The notes beneath the pieces are model-generated. The model had not been told where the DNA came from. It did no database searches and saw nothing but the letters and a program-made list of their open reading frames with translations. Positions 36,401 through 49,014 of a stretch of 64,000 nucleotides of DNA are shown here, one piece after another. The DNA lies in assembly GCA_038087875.1 (NCBI GenBank), contig CM075983.1:25978001-26042000 (forward strand), in the 5' to 3' direction. The stretch comes from Malacoraja senta. Lineage: Eukaryota. The position numbers were made by a program, and so were the translations under genes. The first letter of the stretch is position 1, and each line of letters opens with the position of its first letter.

Positions 36401-38608
36401 GAATGAATGAATACTTTATTGTCATTATAACATGTAAACATGTACAACAAAATTAAAAATGCCAACCAGTCAGTGCACCATTCACACATTATCTAAAAGC
36501 TAACGATCCATAAAAGAGAAATGTCTAAAATAAACAACTAAAATAAATAACATGAAAAAAACAAATAAGCATAGACACCCAACCATACATTCTTCTGTCG
36601 ATTTCACAATCCCTTGGTGTGTAGCGCACTTGCGCTCATTTGGTGGCTACATTAAGTGTAGTTATTGCTGTGGGATAAAAACTGTTTTTGAGTCTGTTTG
36701 TCCTTGTCCTCATTGATCTGTACCGTCTGCCTGACGGCAACAGTTCAAACAGGGAGTGTCCGGGGTGGAAAATTTCCTTTATGCAGCCGACAATCTTCTG
36801 GGCGTTGTCAATAGCCCTCTGGAGCACTTTCCTCTTAGCCGCTGTGCAGCTAGTGTACCACATGCATACCCAGTATGTTAAGATGCTCTCTATTGAGCAC
36901 CGATAAAAGGATAGCAGCAGTCTCTGGGTGATGTTGTTCTTCCTGAGCACCCTCAGGAACTAGTCTCTGCTGGACCTTTTTCAGCAGCGCAGAGATGTTC
37001 ACACTCCATGTCAGGTCCTCCTCAATGTGGATTCCCAGGAAGCGGAAATCCGCCACCCTCTCCACGCAGTCCCCTCTGATGATTAGTGGTGTAATGTCCG
37101 TTTTCTTCTTCCTGTAATCTATTATGAGATCCTTGGTCTTTGAGATGTTGAGGAGCAGGTTATTTTCTCCACACCACCCTGTCAGCTGCTCCACCTCATC
37201 CCTGTAGGCGTACTCATCCCCCCCAGAGATGAGCCCCACCACCGTGGCGTCATCCGCGAATTTGACAATGGTGTTACTGTGGTGGGCGGGGGTGCAGTCA
37301 TATGTGTAGATGGTGTAAAGCAGGGGGCTCAGCACGCAGCCCTGTGGAGAGCCGGTACTGAGGCTGAGGGCCGTAGATGTATGATGGCCCACTCTGACTG
37401 CGACCCGACAGGAAGCTCTTTATCCACATGCAGGTGGAGTGTGGAAGTCCCAGGTCCCCCAGTTTGTCCACCAGTTTGTGGAGAAGAATGGTGTTAAAAG
37501 CAGAGCTGTACTCCACAAAGAGCATCCGCACATAGCTCCCCCGCTGCTCCAGATGTGACAGTGCAGCATGGAGGGCTGTGGCTACAGCATCCTCTGTGGA
37601 TCTATTCGCTCTATACGCAAACTGGTGGGGGTCAAAGCTTCGGGGCAGGAGTGATGTGATGTGACCCCGGACCAGTTTTTCAAAGCACTTCATCACCACT
37701 GGTGTGAGCGCGACTGGCCGGTAGTCGTTGAGGTTAGAAATGTGGTTCATTTTGGGCAAAGTGGTGGAGGACTTCAGACAGGATGGGACAGTGGATTGGG
37801 CCCGAGACTGGTTGAAAATCCTCGTAAAGACTCCAGCCAGCTGGTCTGCGCAGTCCTTCAGCACGCGTCCAGAAACGCCGTCGGGTCCAGCAGCCTTCCT
37901 CGGATTGATGGCCTGCAGCGTGCGCCTCACCTCATGCTCCTCTATTTTGAGGGATAAGCTGCTGTGGACCATGTGGTGTGATATGGCTGTCTCTGGTGGC
38001 TCCACTTCAAAGCGAGCAAAGAAGAGGTTCAGCTCCTCTGCCAACGAGGCGTCACCTTCAGCAGCTCCAAGGTAGGTCTTGTAGTTGGTAAGATACTGGA
38101 TCCCCTGCCACACCTGCCTGCTGTTATTACTGTCCATGTGGTCCTCTATCCTCCTCCTGTAGTCTGATTTGGCCTCTCTGATGCCTCTCTTCAGGTTAGC
38201 TCAGGCCATGCTATATAAAGCCCTATCGCCAGACCTAAAAACGGTGTTCCTCTCTTTTAACAGCCGCTGGACCTCCTGGGTCATCCAGGGCTTCTGGTTG
38301 TGATGGTAGGAGCAGTTTTCCTGACGGGGGCATATGCAGGAATTAAAAGCAGGGACATATGGTCAGACTGGCCCAGGTGTGGTAGTGGTCTAGCCCTGTA
38401 GCCCAACTTGTCCAGTGTGTTAGCTCCTCTTGTAGCACATTTAACATGCTGGTAGAATTTGGGGAGCATTGCCTTCAAGTCCGCGTGATTAAAGTCCCCT
38501 GCTATGACGTGAACAGCGTCAGGATATGTGCTCTGCTGGCTGCTAGTGCTACCATACAAATGTCCGATAGCCGAGTTAGCATTAGCATCCGGTGGTATGT
38601 ATACAACA
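36401..38608 (-). mobile_element. Rex1/Babar-clade LINE, 5'-truncated, frameshifted
   Basis: AGDFNH..SDH endonuclease remnant; KAAGPDG, NDYRPVALT, QFAYR, PQGCVLSPLL, KFADD; 3' hairpin, AATAAA and (ATTC)n tail. Confidence 0.92.
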
Positions 38609-38917
38609 GTTTGTATTGGAATCTTATGGCAACAAGGGAGAAAATAAAATGTTTCAATTGTAGATTACTAGAAGGAAAGCTGGAGTTGGACAATGTTATA
38701 GAGTGGCATGGATAAGCAGTGCAATACATAACTCATGGACAAACATGAGTCCGAGTTTGTGATAGTCTAGTTCTGTTTCAGAAGAATTACAACAGATACT
38801 ATTCATCTGCAGAGGTCCATCATGGTTGTAAGCATAATGTTGATCCCATTTACTCGACAGAAGGGACATTCTGTTCTATGTTGCAGCTATCAAGAGCAAA
38901 TATTGTGACGTGCGTAC

Positions 38918-39015
38918 CTGCCAAACTGAACAAACGTTCCGGGTGGGAAATATGCAGTGTAGCAGCCACCTGAATACTGCTCTGCACACCAGTCCTTCTC
39001 TTCATAATGAACAGC
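38918..39015 (-). CDS. mao: Monoamine oxidase exon 12 (FAD-attachment SGGCY)
   Basis: 98 bp, [37 protein letters not shown] boundaries. Confidence 0.97.
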
Positions 39016-39543
39016 CTGGCAGAAATAAAAGTTGATCTTGTCATTACATGTAATAATAACAACAGATGTATGTGGGCACTCAATTTCTGTGTGGGCACTC
39101 AATTAATTTTCTGAGCGCATGATATGAACACAATTTTTGAATACAATATTCTTTGAACAATAGTCATTGTAAGGCATGAACCAACTGGAGAAAAAGGTGA
39201 CCATATTACCGAGGGAAGGACAAACAAGAATAAAATTACCATTTTTATAATGAGACTGCTTTTGTGCCTTTGTCATGGAGTCATAGGGAGTCAAAAAGGT
39301 ACCCCTCAGGTTCCTATTAAATCTTTTCCCCTTCACCTTAAACCTATGTCCTCTTGTTCTTGATTCGTCTCTGGGCGAGACCATGTGCACTTGCCCAAGA
39401 ATCAATGGCAAGTGACAAGCAGATCAATATTTGTTTTTGGATTACTGAGTGGTCTGTGGATATACGAGTGGCATTTTCAGAAGTGAATCCCAATCCCACC
39501 CCCAACCCCCCCCCCCCCCCTCCCTTCTTTAGAAGGTGCTTAC

Positions 39544-39601
39544 ATACAGGGCTTCCTCTGTTCCCAGAACTTGTGCATAAATCTGGCAAATTCTTTTCTT
39601 C
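39544..39601 (-). CDS. mao: Monoamine oxidase exon 11
   Basis: 58 bp, KKRICQIYAQVLGTEEALY, AG/GT boundaries. Confidence 0.95.
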
Positions 39602-40350
39602 CTGAAAAAGAAACAAGACATTTTGCCAAAAATCTCAACTAAGAATTCACTAGGTTGAAACCGTGGCATAAAATATTACAGCCATTCGAAATCTGATATA
39701 AATCAAAGGATGGTAGAAAGAGAAAGTCAGGCAGCTTCTGTGGAGAGAGAATTACTGTTTCATCAGCAAAGTTTTTAAGATGGAGCAGATGGGGGGAAAA
39801 TGGCAGAGAGAGCAAAAAGAACACTAGTGTCGGGATATGGGAGGAAAAGTAGGGGAGAATAAATAACAAAAATGGCTATAAAGTGAATTAAAAGAGCAAA
39901 GACATTCATTGAATAATAAGTGGGTTTTGAGATGATGATATTAGGAGGAGGAATACAACATTTGAAGTGACCAGAAGGAGGGAAATAAAAACTGTGAATG
40001 TAGGAAATATAATATACAAAGGCAGAAATAGGGGTAATAATCTGAAATTGTTGAAATCAGTGTTGAGTCTTAAGAACTGTAATGTGCCTGGTGAAAAGAT
40101 GAGGATGGAAATCAGAGTGGATTTGGGAGTGAAGTGAAAAATTAAAGTGACAGGAGTCTTGAAACTCAGGGAAGTCCTTGCACTTTGTAAAGTGGTGTTC
40201 TGAAAAGTTGTCAGGTTATCCATGTTTGTTTCTTTTTAGTGCAAACACAGCATTAACAACAAATGAAGATCACTTAGGTGAGCATGCCATGAAGATTTTT
40301 GAATGCCAAGAAATGAAGGGATATGGTGCAGGAAAGTGGCGCTGAGGGAG

Positions 40351-40947
40351 GGTTACAAGGGAACAGGTTCAAGGATCTGACTGGTAGAACAGGAAAAGGC
40401 TCACTCGTCTGTTTAGTTGCAAATCAGTTTTATTGGCAAGAGAGGACAAAAACAATCTCTCTCCTCTCTCCCCCCCTCCCGTCGGTGAACCCCTCTCGTA
40501 CATGAACCTACTAACATCTGGCTTACATTTTGCCTGCCTTTATACAGGTAAGAAATCAGGTGTTGAAATAACCGCCGGTAAGTCCTGGCCAATAGCGCTG
40601 CTCCCAAATTCAAACTATAACCAATGGCAGGGGACTGCATCCCAGCAAGCCCCTCCCCCCCCCATGGGAACATAGCACTATCAGCCGCAGACTGGCATGT
40701 AAAGCAGTACATAGCGCTGCAGACTTGCCATGCAAATCAACACACATACGGCTACCAGTTTGGCGCACAAAGGTTTAAACAGAGCGCTGTCGGCTTAATG
40801 CGTGGGAATTTAAACAAAGAGCTGTTGGCTGAAGCGCTATGGGTTCTAAATATAACGCTACCGGCCACAGCGCTATGGGCTTTAAACATAGCGCTATGGC
40901 CACAATGCTATGGGTCACAGACTGTTCTGGAAAATTCTCGTATAACA
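40351..40947 (-). mobile_element. Solo LTR (597 bp) with 5-bp TSD
   Basis: GGGAG at 40346-40350 and 40948-40952; minus-strand start TGTTATAC, TATAAA at about 40539-40544, AATAAA at about 40429-40434; interrupts an old CR1 3'UTR that resumes after 40952. Confidence 0.75.
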
Positions 40948-42637
40948 GGGAGAAGATAGGCCAAGTTGTTATTGAATAGTGAAACAAACACAAGAGGCTG
41001 AATGTCTAACTCCTGCTTCCAATTTTTATCTCTAATGCTTTAAGCAAAAATAAATTTGCACTGCATGTGGAGAGATGTTTGGAACCATGGAATTGGTTCC
41101 TCGAAATTGCTTCTCTTCCAATTTAAGTTGGAAGGGAGGAGGTTAACAGACATTTGTTGCAAATCCTCTGATTGCATGGTACATGGTGCAGCTGGAAAAG
41201 TGGAGCAGATTCCTGGTCCACTTGAAAGGCTTAAAAAGGGGCATGGGTGCACGGTAGGTTATGGCCTAAGGGTGGGGACTCCAGAAATGATGATGATTTA
41301 TCAACGTGCATCTTGGTTTGGTGGATGGTGAGGAGAAGGGCAATTATACCTTTAATCATGAGAGCACGAGAAATGCAGACAATGAAACAGGCACGGGTGA
41401 TGGCCCTCTTCCCTCTTAACCCAAGATTGAAGAGAAAGCAAGTTACAACAGAAGCGGTATTGTGGCATTGTCAGAGCAAATGTGGTGGAGAAGAAAATTT
41501 GCAGAATGACATGGAGTCCTTATGGAAACAGGGCAGAAAGAAATGTAATGTTAAATGTGGTGTCGCAAAGCTGTCACTTTAATTTTCCATCCCACTGACC
41601 TCTCAATCTGTAGCTTCCTACACCATCTCAACAAAGCTCAATGTAAGCTTTGCACATCTGTCTGGGCACGTTTATAACTCTTGTGACAAGGTTGAATTCA
41701 ACTTTTTAGATAACCGGCTATTTAATTTTGTAATGAAAAAAAATCATTTACCTGCAATATTGCCTGCCACACATATCAGTTGAAGCAGTTAATGGAGGAT
41801 CAAAGCATACACGGGGGAGGATGAAGTGAGAGGACTGGGTAGAGAGTAGAAGAGTGGGAAAACTTAATGTGGAAAATTAAAGCAATTTAAAGTTGTGAAT
41901 TCCATGGATTTCATTAAAGGCTCCGTGGTTTCCTCTAACTGCTTAATTTTAAAAAAAAGATTTGCTCAATATTTTCATTTTTAACATTAATAATACCAAT
42001 GTTAAGCTCATATTACAGGAGTGAAGGTGAAACTGGGCAGTATCTGACCTGGAACAGTGGAATAGTTCAGATAAAACTGAAAGCTATTTTCACACCTTTC
42101 CTGATAAGCTTTACAACCACAATCCCAGTGGATAATAGGGGTCAAGGAAAGAGCATTGGCGTCGCGGCCCTGTTTCCACCAATCTTTCCACCACTACACA
42201 CAAGAAGCACAAGCAGCGCAAGACGCCATTGTATGCAGATCTCGAGAAGTGTGTCAGCTCTGGCTGAACAATGTCTAATCTTGTGATCTGGACTCGATAA
42301 GAAGAAGTGGATAATACGCTATTTGCACTAACATGTGAAGAATCACTTAATTAATTGCTCTTTAATTTACAGAACCATTGTGGAATAAAGCCATTTATAA
42401 TGCTCACAATTTTAATAAAAGATGGAAGCACATGGAATGTTGTTGCACGCTCTCATTCCTGTTTCTAAACAGTTCTACAGGGGAATTTTGCCAATAGTAC
42501 TGAAAACGGTTGAGATCACCCACATTAAATACTGCAACACTGGAGAACACTTGTAAAGCCTTTCTTTACACGTCAGTTGATTTAAAACAAAATTATATAA
42601 GATGACATAATATCAGATCAAATATTACAACACCCAC

Positions 42638-42691
42638 CTCTCTGCTTTGGTGAGATCAAGCAAGAGTCGAGCCTTCCTCGCCAGTATAAAC
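42638..42691 (-). CDS. mao: Monoamine oxidase exon 10
   Basis: 54 bp, FILARKARLLLDLTKAER, AG/GT boundaries. Confidence 0.95.
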
Positions 42692-43017
42692 CTAGAAATA
42701 AATAGCAGTGTTCAAATACAACCTAATAATCCAGCTCTTGATCAATGGGAGGCAACTGATATCTGGCTTCTGACATCAAGAGAAACGGCAGATGCAGGAA
42801 TCTGATTTTTGCATCTGGGTTTGCTAAATTTCTGGAATTGGTTCCTCTTTTTCTTAGAGTTTAACAATACGAGTCAATTTCATTAACACAAATAATTTGA
42901 CAGGGATTGACAGAATAGATACTGTTTCTATTAGCCAGAGCATCTAATTCTGGGGTGGGGATAGTGGTGGGTGGGGGGTGGCTGTCTCAGGATAAAGAAA
43001 ACCAGTTAGAAGAGAGA

Positions 43018-43097
43018 CACAACGATCAGCCATGATCACAATGAATGGCGGTGCTGGCTCAAAGGGCCGAATGGCCTACTCCTGCACCTATTTTCTA
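43018..43097 (+). mobile_element. CR1 3'UTR fragment
   Basis: gatcagccatgatc...gggccgaatggcctactcctgcacctatttt, reverse-complement match to about 20468-20538. Confidence 0.8.
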
Positions 43098-43099
43098 AG

Positions 43100-43225
43100 G
43101 GACTGCTGGAATCTGGAGTAAAGAAAAACAATCTGCTGGATAGCTATCAGTGAGTTGAGCAGCATCTGTGGGTGGAAAGGAATGTTTGACACTTCGGGTC
43201 GAAACCCTGCATCAGGACTGAGAGT
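43100..43225 (-). mobile_element. Penelope pLTR fragment
   Basis: Minus strand CTGATGCAGGGTTTCGACCCGAAGTGTC...cagatgctgctcaactcactga. Confidence 0.7.
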
Positions 43226-43854
43226 GGAGATGGCGAGTACATAGAGGAGAGAGAGGGGAGATGTGTGGCCCCTTTGTCTGTACGTCACAGATTTGCTCGA
43301 TGCATTGATTTCCTCTAACAGATTTGTGAATGCTAAAGAGGGATCATGCCTTTTGTGTAAATTATGTTCAATGTTTGGGTTGTGAAATGCTCAGTGAATG
43401 TATAAATTCATGCGGAGACATTCAGATTTATGGACACAAAATGAATCAAGGGAATAGAATAGGGGAGGAAAGTGATCAAGCATACAGTAGAATTATCCAT
43501 AATTGTAAATGGTGACAGGGTCATCTCAATACACCTTTTCCTATATTTTTAAAAGTTGTAGAGTAAATGGTTATGTTAATGGTTTGTATATAGCAAAGTA
43601 CATTCAACAAATTTGAAACTAAATGTGGTTAAAATGATAGGTGCAAGATATGACAATGCTTCAAAGGCTAGAATAATAAAGAATTCATTAATTTTTATCC
43701 GTGTTTTACAGGATTTGGAGTCCACTTGGTTCCCCTTGAAAATTTACATATGTGGGAAACAGTATCAGGATATTAGAGACCCAGATACACTTGCTAAAAC
43801 AAGCCCACACTCAACCAACCCTCACGTAATTTAATGCATATCCGTATGAAAAGG

Positions 43855-44893
43855 TAGCAATGTTACAAAATTTTGAGATTTAAAAAATAAAGTCTGCAAT
43901 TTATCCCATCAGATAAAGCATAAAAAGAAGTTTAATTTGACACTTAATTCACTTTCATATCTTCAGTATTAAAAAAGTTATGGCCATTATCATACTCAGA
44001 AATTAGCACCTTGTTCCCTATTGCTTTTCCATTGACTTAACACAAAAGCTGTGATCGAGGACAGTTAAAAGCCCATAACTTTCTTAAAAATTATGGTAAC
44101 TGAAAGAAATTTTCAGGTATTATAGATTGAAGCATTCTGAAACAAATATGAAACAATCTTACTTCGAAGACATGAAAGTAAAGCATATAATTAGTTAGTT
44201 ACCTAATTGTAGCTAATTACAAAATTCAATTACTAGATCTAAACATCTATCATTTTCTTAAGAATAGATTAACATTTTTAAATAGCCTAAGTGTCCAAAT
44301 AACATTCACACAATAATTCACAATATAACATAATTTTTAAATCTAATTTTCATGAATTTACAGGCCAAATGGAAGGAATTGAATGTTTAATACCTGTAAA
44401 TTAATGGGGATTTAATTCATTTTGCGAGTGAGAATTTCTGGAACGCGATCATTTGGAACGTTAATTTGCGGTGAATTTAACCCCGTATTGGCATGAAAAA
44501 TACTGCCGTTAATTCGGGGAATAAAATCACCGTGTCGCATGACAAAATGTGAATTAAAGGCTTCTTAAGAAGCACTTTTATACATTTAAAGAAAGCACTT
44601 TCGTTTACCTGTCCATTGTGTGAAATCCGTCCCCGTTATTGGCGTTGACGCTTCAGGAGCTGCTTTTAAATGACTGTAGCGCTGACATTGACGATTTAAT
44701 TTTTTTAAAAATTCACAAATCGCCGGTAGGAACGATTTTGTCAGCGAAGTTTTGTACTCCAACAAAATATTTCCAGGACAAGGAAGGAGAAACCGCGTTT
44801 TAACCCCGCCCCCCCCTTAAAGGCGCCAAAATCGCGCACACGGCCAGTGGCAGAATTACAACGCGACTGAAGGTAAGTTTTGTAACATACCTA
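43855..44893. mobile_element. Non-autonomous TIR DNA transposon (about 1.04 kb)
   Basis: Imperfect TIRs TAGCAATGTTACAAAA / TTTTGTAACATACCTA; GAAAAGG duplicated at 43848-43854 and 44894-44900; no transposase ORF. Confidence 0.7.
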
Positions 44894-45019
44894 GAAAAGG
44901 GATGTCAGAACACACGTACTGTTCTTGTCCAGATTTAATGTCCAGTGACTTCCAATTACCCTCTCACATTTTATTTTATTTCAGCTATCTAAGCCGCTCT
45001 GGAATTCCCTTCCTATAAC

Positions 45020-45546
45020 AGGCCCATCGGTCCAACTTGCCCAGGCCGAACAAGATACCCCATCTATATTACTCCCACCTATCCACGTTTGGTCCTTATC
45101 CCGAAAACCTTAAACCTTTCCTATTCATGTACCCGTCCAAATGTCTTTTAAATGTTGTTATAGTACCTGCCTCAATTACCTCTTCTGGCAGCTCTTTCCA
45201 TAAACCCACCACCCTCTGTGTTAAAGAGTTCCTCTTCAGTTGATCCTATTAAATCTTTCACCTCTCACCTTAAACATGTCCCTTGGTTCTTGATTCCCTA
45301 TTGGTAAAAGATTATGCATTCACCTCATTTATTTTCCTCATGATCTTATACACCTCACTCTCCTGTGTTCCATGGTATAACATCCTAGCCTGCCCATCCT
45401 TTCCCTATAACTCATGCCCTCAAGTCTTGACAACATCCTTGTAAGTCCCATCTGCACTCTTACCAGTTTAATGACATCCTTCCTAGAGCAGGGTGACCAA
45501 AGCTGAACACAATACTCCAAAAGCAGCCTCACCAACATCTCGTACA
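45020..45546 (-). mobile_element. CR1-type LINE 3' fragment (degenerate)
   Basis: Translates LVRLLLEYCVQLWSP...VQMGLTRML. Confidence 0.85.
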
Positions 45547-45827
45547 AAAATATATATTTTAGATTGATTATTAAAAATAAAAATGCATGCCAAGACTTGC
45601 AATTGACAACATTTCAGGAAAATCCCCAATCATAATAAACTCCACAGCCTTGGCTACATTTGCAGTCATCTATTTATTACTCAATGACTTCTCTGCATTA
45701 TCTAGTAATCGGTATCGTTACTACATTGTTCCCATGTACGTTTTGAGAATTTGCTGCACTAAATTCAATCCCTTTAACATAAAATGATATATTACATTGT
45801 GCATTTCCTTAGCTCTGTGAACTATAC

Positions 45828-45924
45828 CCCATAATTGCAGGGTGAGAACCATCAGGCTTGGTGTCATCCAGTGTCATGGAAATAGGCGACTCCTCATCTT
45901 CGATCATCATGGTTCCACAGAAAC
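45828..45924 (-). CDS. mao: Monoamine oxidase exon 9
   Basis: 97 bp, [36 protein letters not shown] boundaries. Confidence 0.97.
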
Positions 45925-46070
45925 CTGTCACAAAATCACGGTTTATTGTAGGCCATTAGGAAATACTTTGTGGTAGAATACAACCACTTTAGAATGCAGG
46001 CCTGATAAATACTGCAGTCTGTTTCCTTAGAATCACAGATTCTGTTCAGCACTGGGCTGAAGAGAACTAA

Positions 46071-46652
46071 AGGCTCTGTCTTACGTGTTTGCGGTCATCG
46101 GCGGTGAAGCGCGGCTTCGCATGTAGAGTGGACCGCACGGCAACGGCGAGAGCGCCGAGCCTATCCACGGGAGCGCCGCACGGATGCTGCGCGGGGGCCG
46201 AGTGATTCAAATACGGCTAGTCCCACGTGCTTGCGGTAAGTAAAAAAAAGGGCGGGCCGACTGCGATGACGTCGGCCTGCCGCACGTGACTCACTAGCGG
46301 CGGCTGTGGCGGCGGCCGTCCTGATCGCGGCGCTGTGGCGGTGGCTGTGCCTGCGGCCGTGCCGCACACGTGCCTCACTGGCGGAGGCTGTGGCTGTGCA
46401 AGTTTGACACACGGCGCTCGAGCCACACTGGCGGCGGCCGTGCGGGCGGCCGTGCCGCACTCGTGCATCACTGGTGGAGGCTGTGCGGTAGGAAAATATT
46501 TTTCAACAGGGTAGGTTTTATTTTAGCACCGTGCGGTGTTGGGAACACCGCCGCACGGCCCCGGAATTGTGCGTTCTCACGAGTGCGCGGTCTATGGCGG
46601 CAGATTCTTCCCGTTTCGCCGCCAATGACCGCAGACTCGTGAGACAGGCCTT
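46071..46652. mobile_element. PIF/Harbinger-type MITE, CpG-rich
   Basis: About 40-bp imperfect TIRs (AGGCTCTGTCTTACG... / ...CGTGAGACAGGCCTT); TAA at 46068-46070 and 46653-46655; internal GGCCGTGCCGCAC repeats. Confidence 0.8.
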
Positions 46653-47554
46653 TAATGAAACAGACTGCATAAGGTTACATTGTTACTGGATCATTTACTG
46701 ATGCTCAGTGAAGTATTGACTTCACTCATGGCTGAAAGGATGAACAAAGAATTTCTCCAAAGCATCTATCTATTGAGCCTTAAAAATAAACAAAAACTGC
46801 AGAGGCAGAAAATGTGAAAGGAAATAATTCTGGAAAGAAATTTCCCAGTAAACTGGGAAAAGTAAAACATCAAGCATGCTTTAATTGCAGAGAACAGGGA
46901 AGGGTGGAATGAACAAAATGTCTTTGATAGAATGGAGACTAATGACATAAGGCATGCAGCACTATTTGAGAGAGGGTGGTGAAGACTCTTTCATTCCCAC
47001 TGAACTATATGGAGGAAATGCAAATAATAATTGAATAAAACAGGAGGGTTGGAGCAAAACCTTTACATGAAATCTGAAATAATAAAAAATCCTGGAAGTA
47101 CTCAGAATATCCAAGGGAAAATGTAAAGAGAAGCATTAATGTTACAAGTTTTCATAGAACTGGCCAGTTCTGATAAAAACTGGTAAAGCCAGTTATCTGA
47201 AATGGTTGAATTCAGTTTTGAGTTACAAAATATATAAAGTGCCAAAAGATGAAATGATGTTCCTTGGACTTATGTTTGCTTGTACTGATGAAAGTTCATT
47301 GATCTAACATATTAGTTCTGTTTCTTCCCACATTTCCAACATCTTTTGTCATTAACTTAAATTCAAAGAGCCCAACACAATACATGTATACACACATACA
47401 AGAAAATACTTTAATGTGGAAAATACCCTCAAGCACTTAATGGGATCAAAGTCAATCAACAATGTCGAGTCACATTAGAGGTTATTAGATCAAATAAGTT
47501 GTAGAATATCCAAAATATACATACATTAAAAACAAGGGTAATCAGGGAGAAGGT

Positions 47555-48245
47555 AGGACTGCTCAAGGATAGAGTAGAGAATTGTTGCTTTGAGTCAGAC
47601 AATGTAAGTGAGTACTAAACAAGTACTTTGTATCTGTATTCACCAAGAAGGGCGTGGAGGACAGTAAGATCAGTGCGGACAATACTGATATGCAAGGGCA
47701 GTTTGAAATCAAGGTGTTTGAGCTCCTGAAGAACATTAAGGTAGATAAACCCTTGATGATAGGATCTATCCCAGATTATTAAGTGAGGCAAGAGGGGAGA
47801 ATGCAGGAGCCTTGTCAATGATCTTTGCATCTTCTCAAGCAGAGGTCTCTGAGGGCTGGCGAGTAGCTAATGCTCCTTTGTTTAAGAGGGGAGGTAGGGG
47901 GAATCCAGGCAATTATAGGCCGGAGAGCCTCACTTCAGAGGTAGAGAAGCTACTGGAGAGCATCTTCAGGAGAGGATTCACTCCCATTTAAAAGAGGATG
48001 TACTATTGAGGACCAGTCAGCATGGCTTTGTACAAAGCAGGCCGTGTCTTACCAACGATATAAATTTTTGAGTAGGTGACAAAGATGATCAGTGAGAATA
48101 GGGCAGTGAATGTTGTCTACATGGATTTAATAAAGTTTCTCCTTTGTAGGCTGATCCAGAAGATTAAGATGCACATGATTCATACTGGTTTGGACATATG
48201 GATTCAGAACTGGCTTACTAATTGAAGAGCAGTGATGGTTTGGCA
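47555..48245 (+). mobile_element. Degenerate CR1 RT fragment
   Basis: ccaggcaattataggccgg (PGNYRP), cagcatggcttt (QHGF), gttgtctacatggattt (VVYMDF); many lesions. Confidence 0.75.
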
Positions 48246-48376
48246 ATTATATTCCTATTCAATTTTTATTGCAAAAAAAATATTGCAGAGAGCAAAACTT
48301 AAAGTTAATAATTTTTCATACACTTGATTTATGCAAAGATATAATTTCAATCAATGTGCAATGATAAATACTTTAT

Positions 48377-48508
48377 GTGTAGGAAGGAACTGCAGATGCT
48401 GGTTTATAAAGATAGACACAAAATGCTGGAGTAACTCAGCAGGACAGGCATCTCTGGATAGAAGGAAGGGCCTCGACCCGAAACATCATCCGTTCCATCT
48501 ATCGAGAG
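48377..48508. mobile_element. Inverted (fold-back) Penelope-terminus insertion with 12-bp TSD
   Basis: TAAATACTTTAT at 48365-48376 and 48509-48520; minus-strand pLTR plus tail joined to plus-strand GAAGGG..CCCGAAACATC segment. Confidence 0.85.
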
Positions 48509-48854
48509 TAAATACTTTATACTAGTTATGTACCATATATCAAAGCCCCTATTACCTGCTGTAGTGAACGTAAAAGGCTTCATAGCATTACTTCAACAAG
48601 ATTAGTGAGCTTTCTCGTCCAGCCACATCTTACAGTGCCCATAGCTGATTACCTGGTTAGCTATTTGTGGAAACCATAGCAGTCTATATTTCAAAAGTAA
48701 TCTATTATCTGTGAATATTTGAGATGTTCCATGGACTTAACTGAACTAAATAATTGCTTTTTATTTTTCTTAATCAGCATGTTTTTTTCATCTTTTTGAG
48801 GGTTTTGGACTGTGTCCATTTCTAATTAGTCTGCATCACTCGACCCATACAGAC

Positions 48855-49014
48855 CTTTCTCCTTCCAGAATGGCTGGTTGTAGTAGACCATGCATTTAAT
48901 GATGGAGCCCATCGGCACCCGCTGGATCAACTGGTTACGCAGCGGAGGCACTGGAGGACTGAAGTGGATTTGCTGGGTGAGGGCAGGAGGAATAGCACAG
49001 ATGACATAATCTGC
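48855..49014 (-). CDS. mao: Monoamine oxidase exon 8
   Basis: 160 bp, [53 protein letters not shown]; conserved Lys of IKC. Confidence 0.97.
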
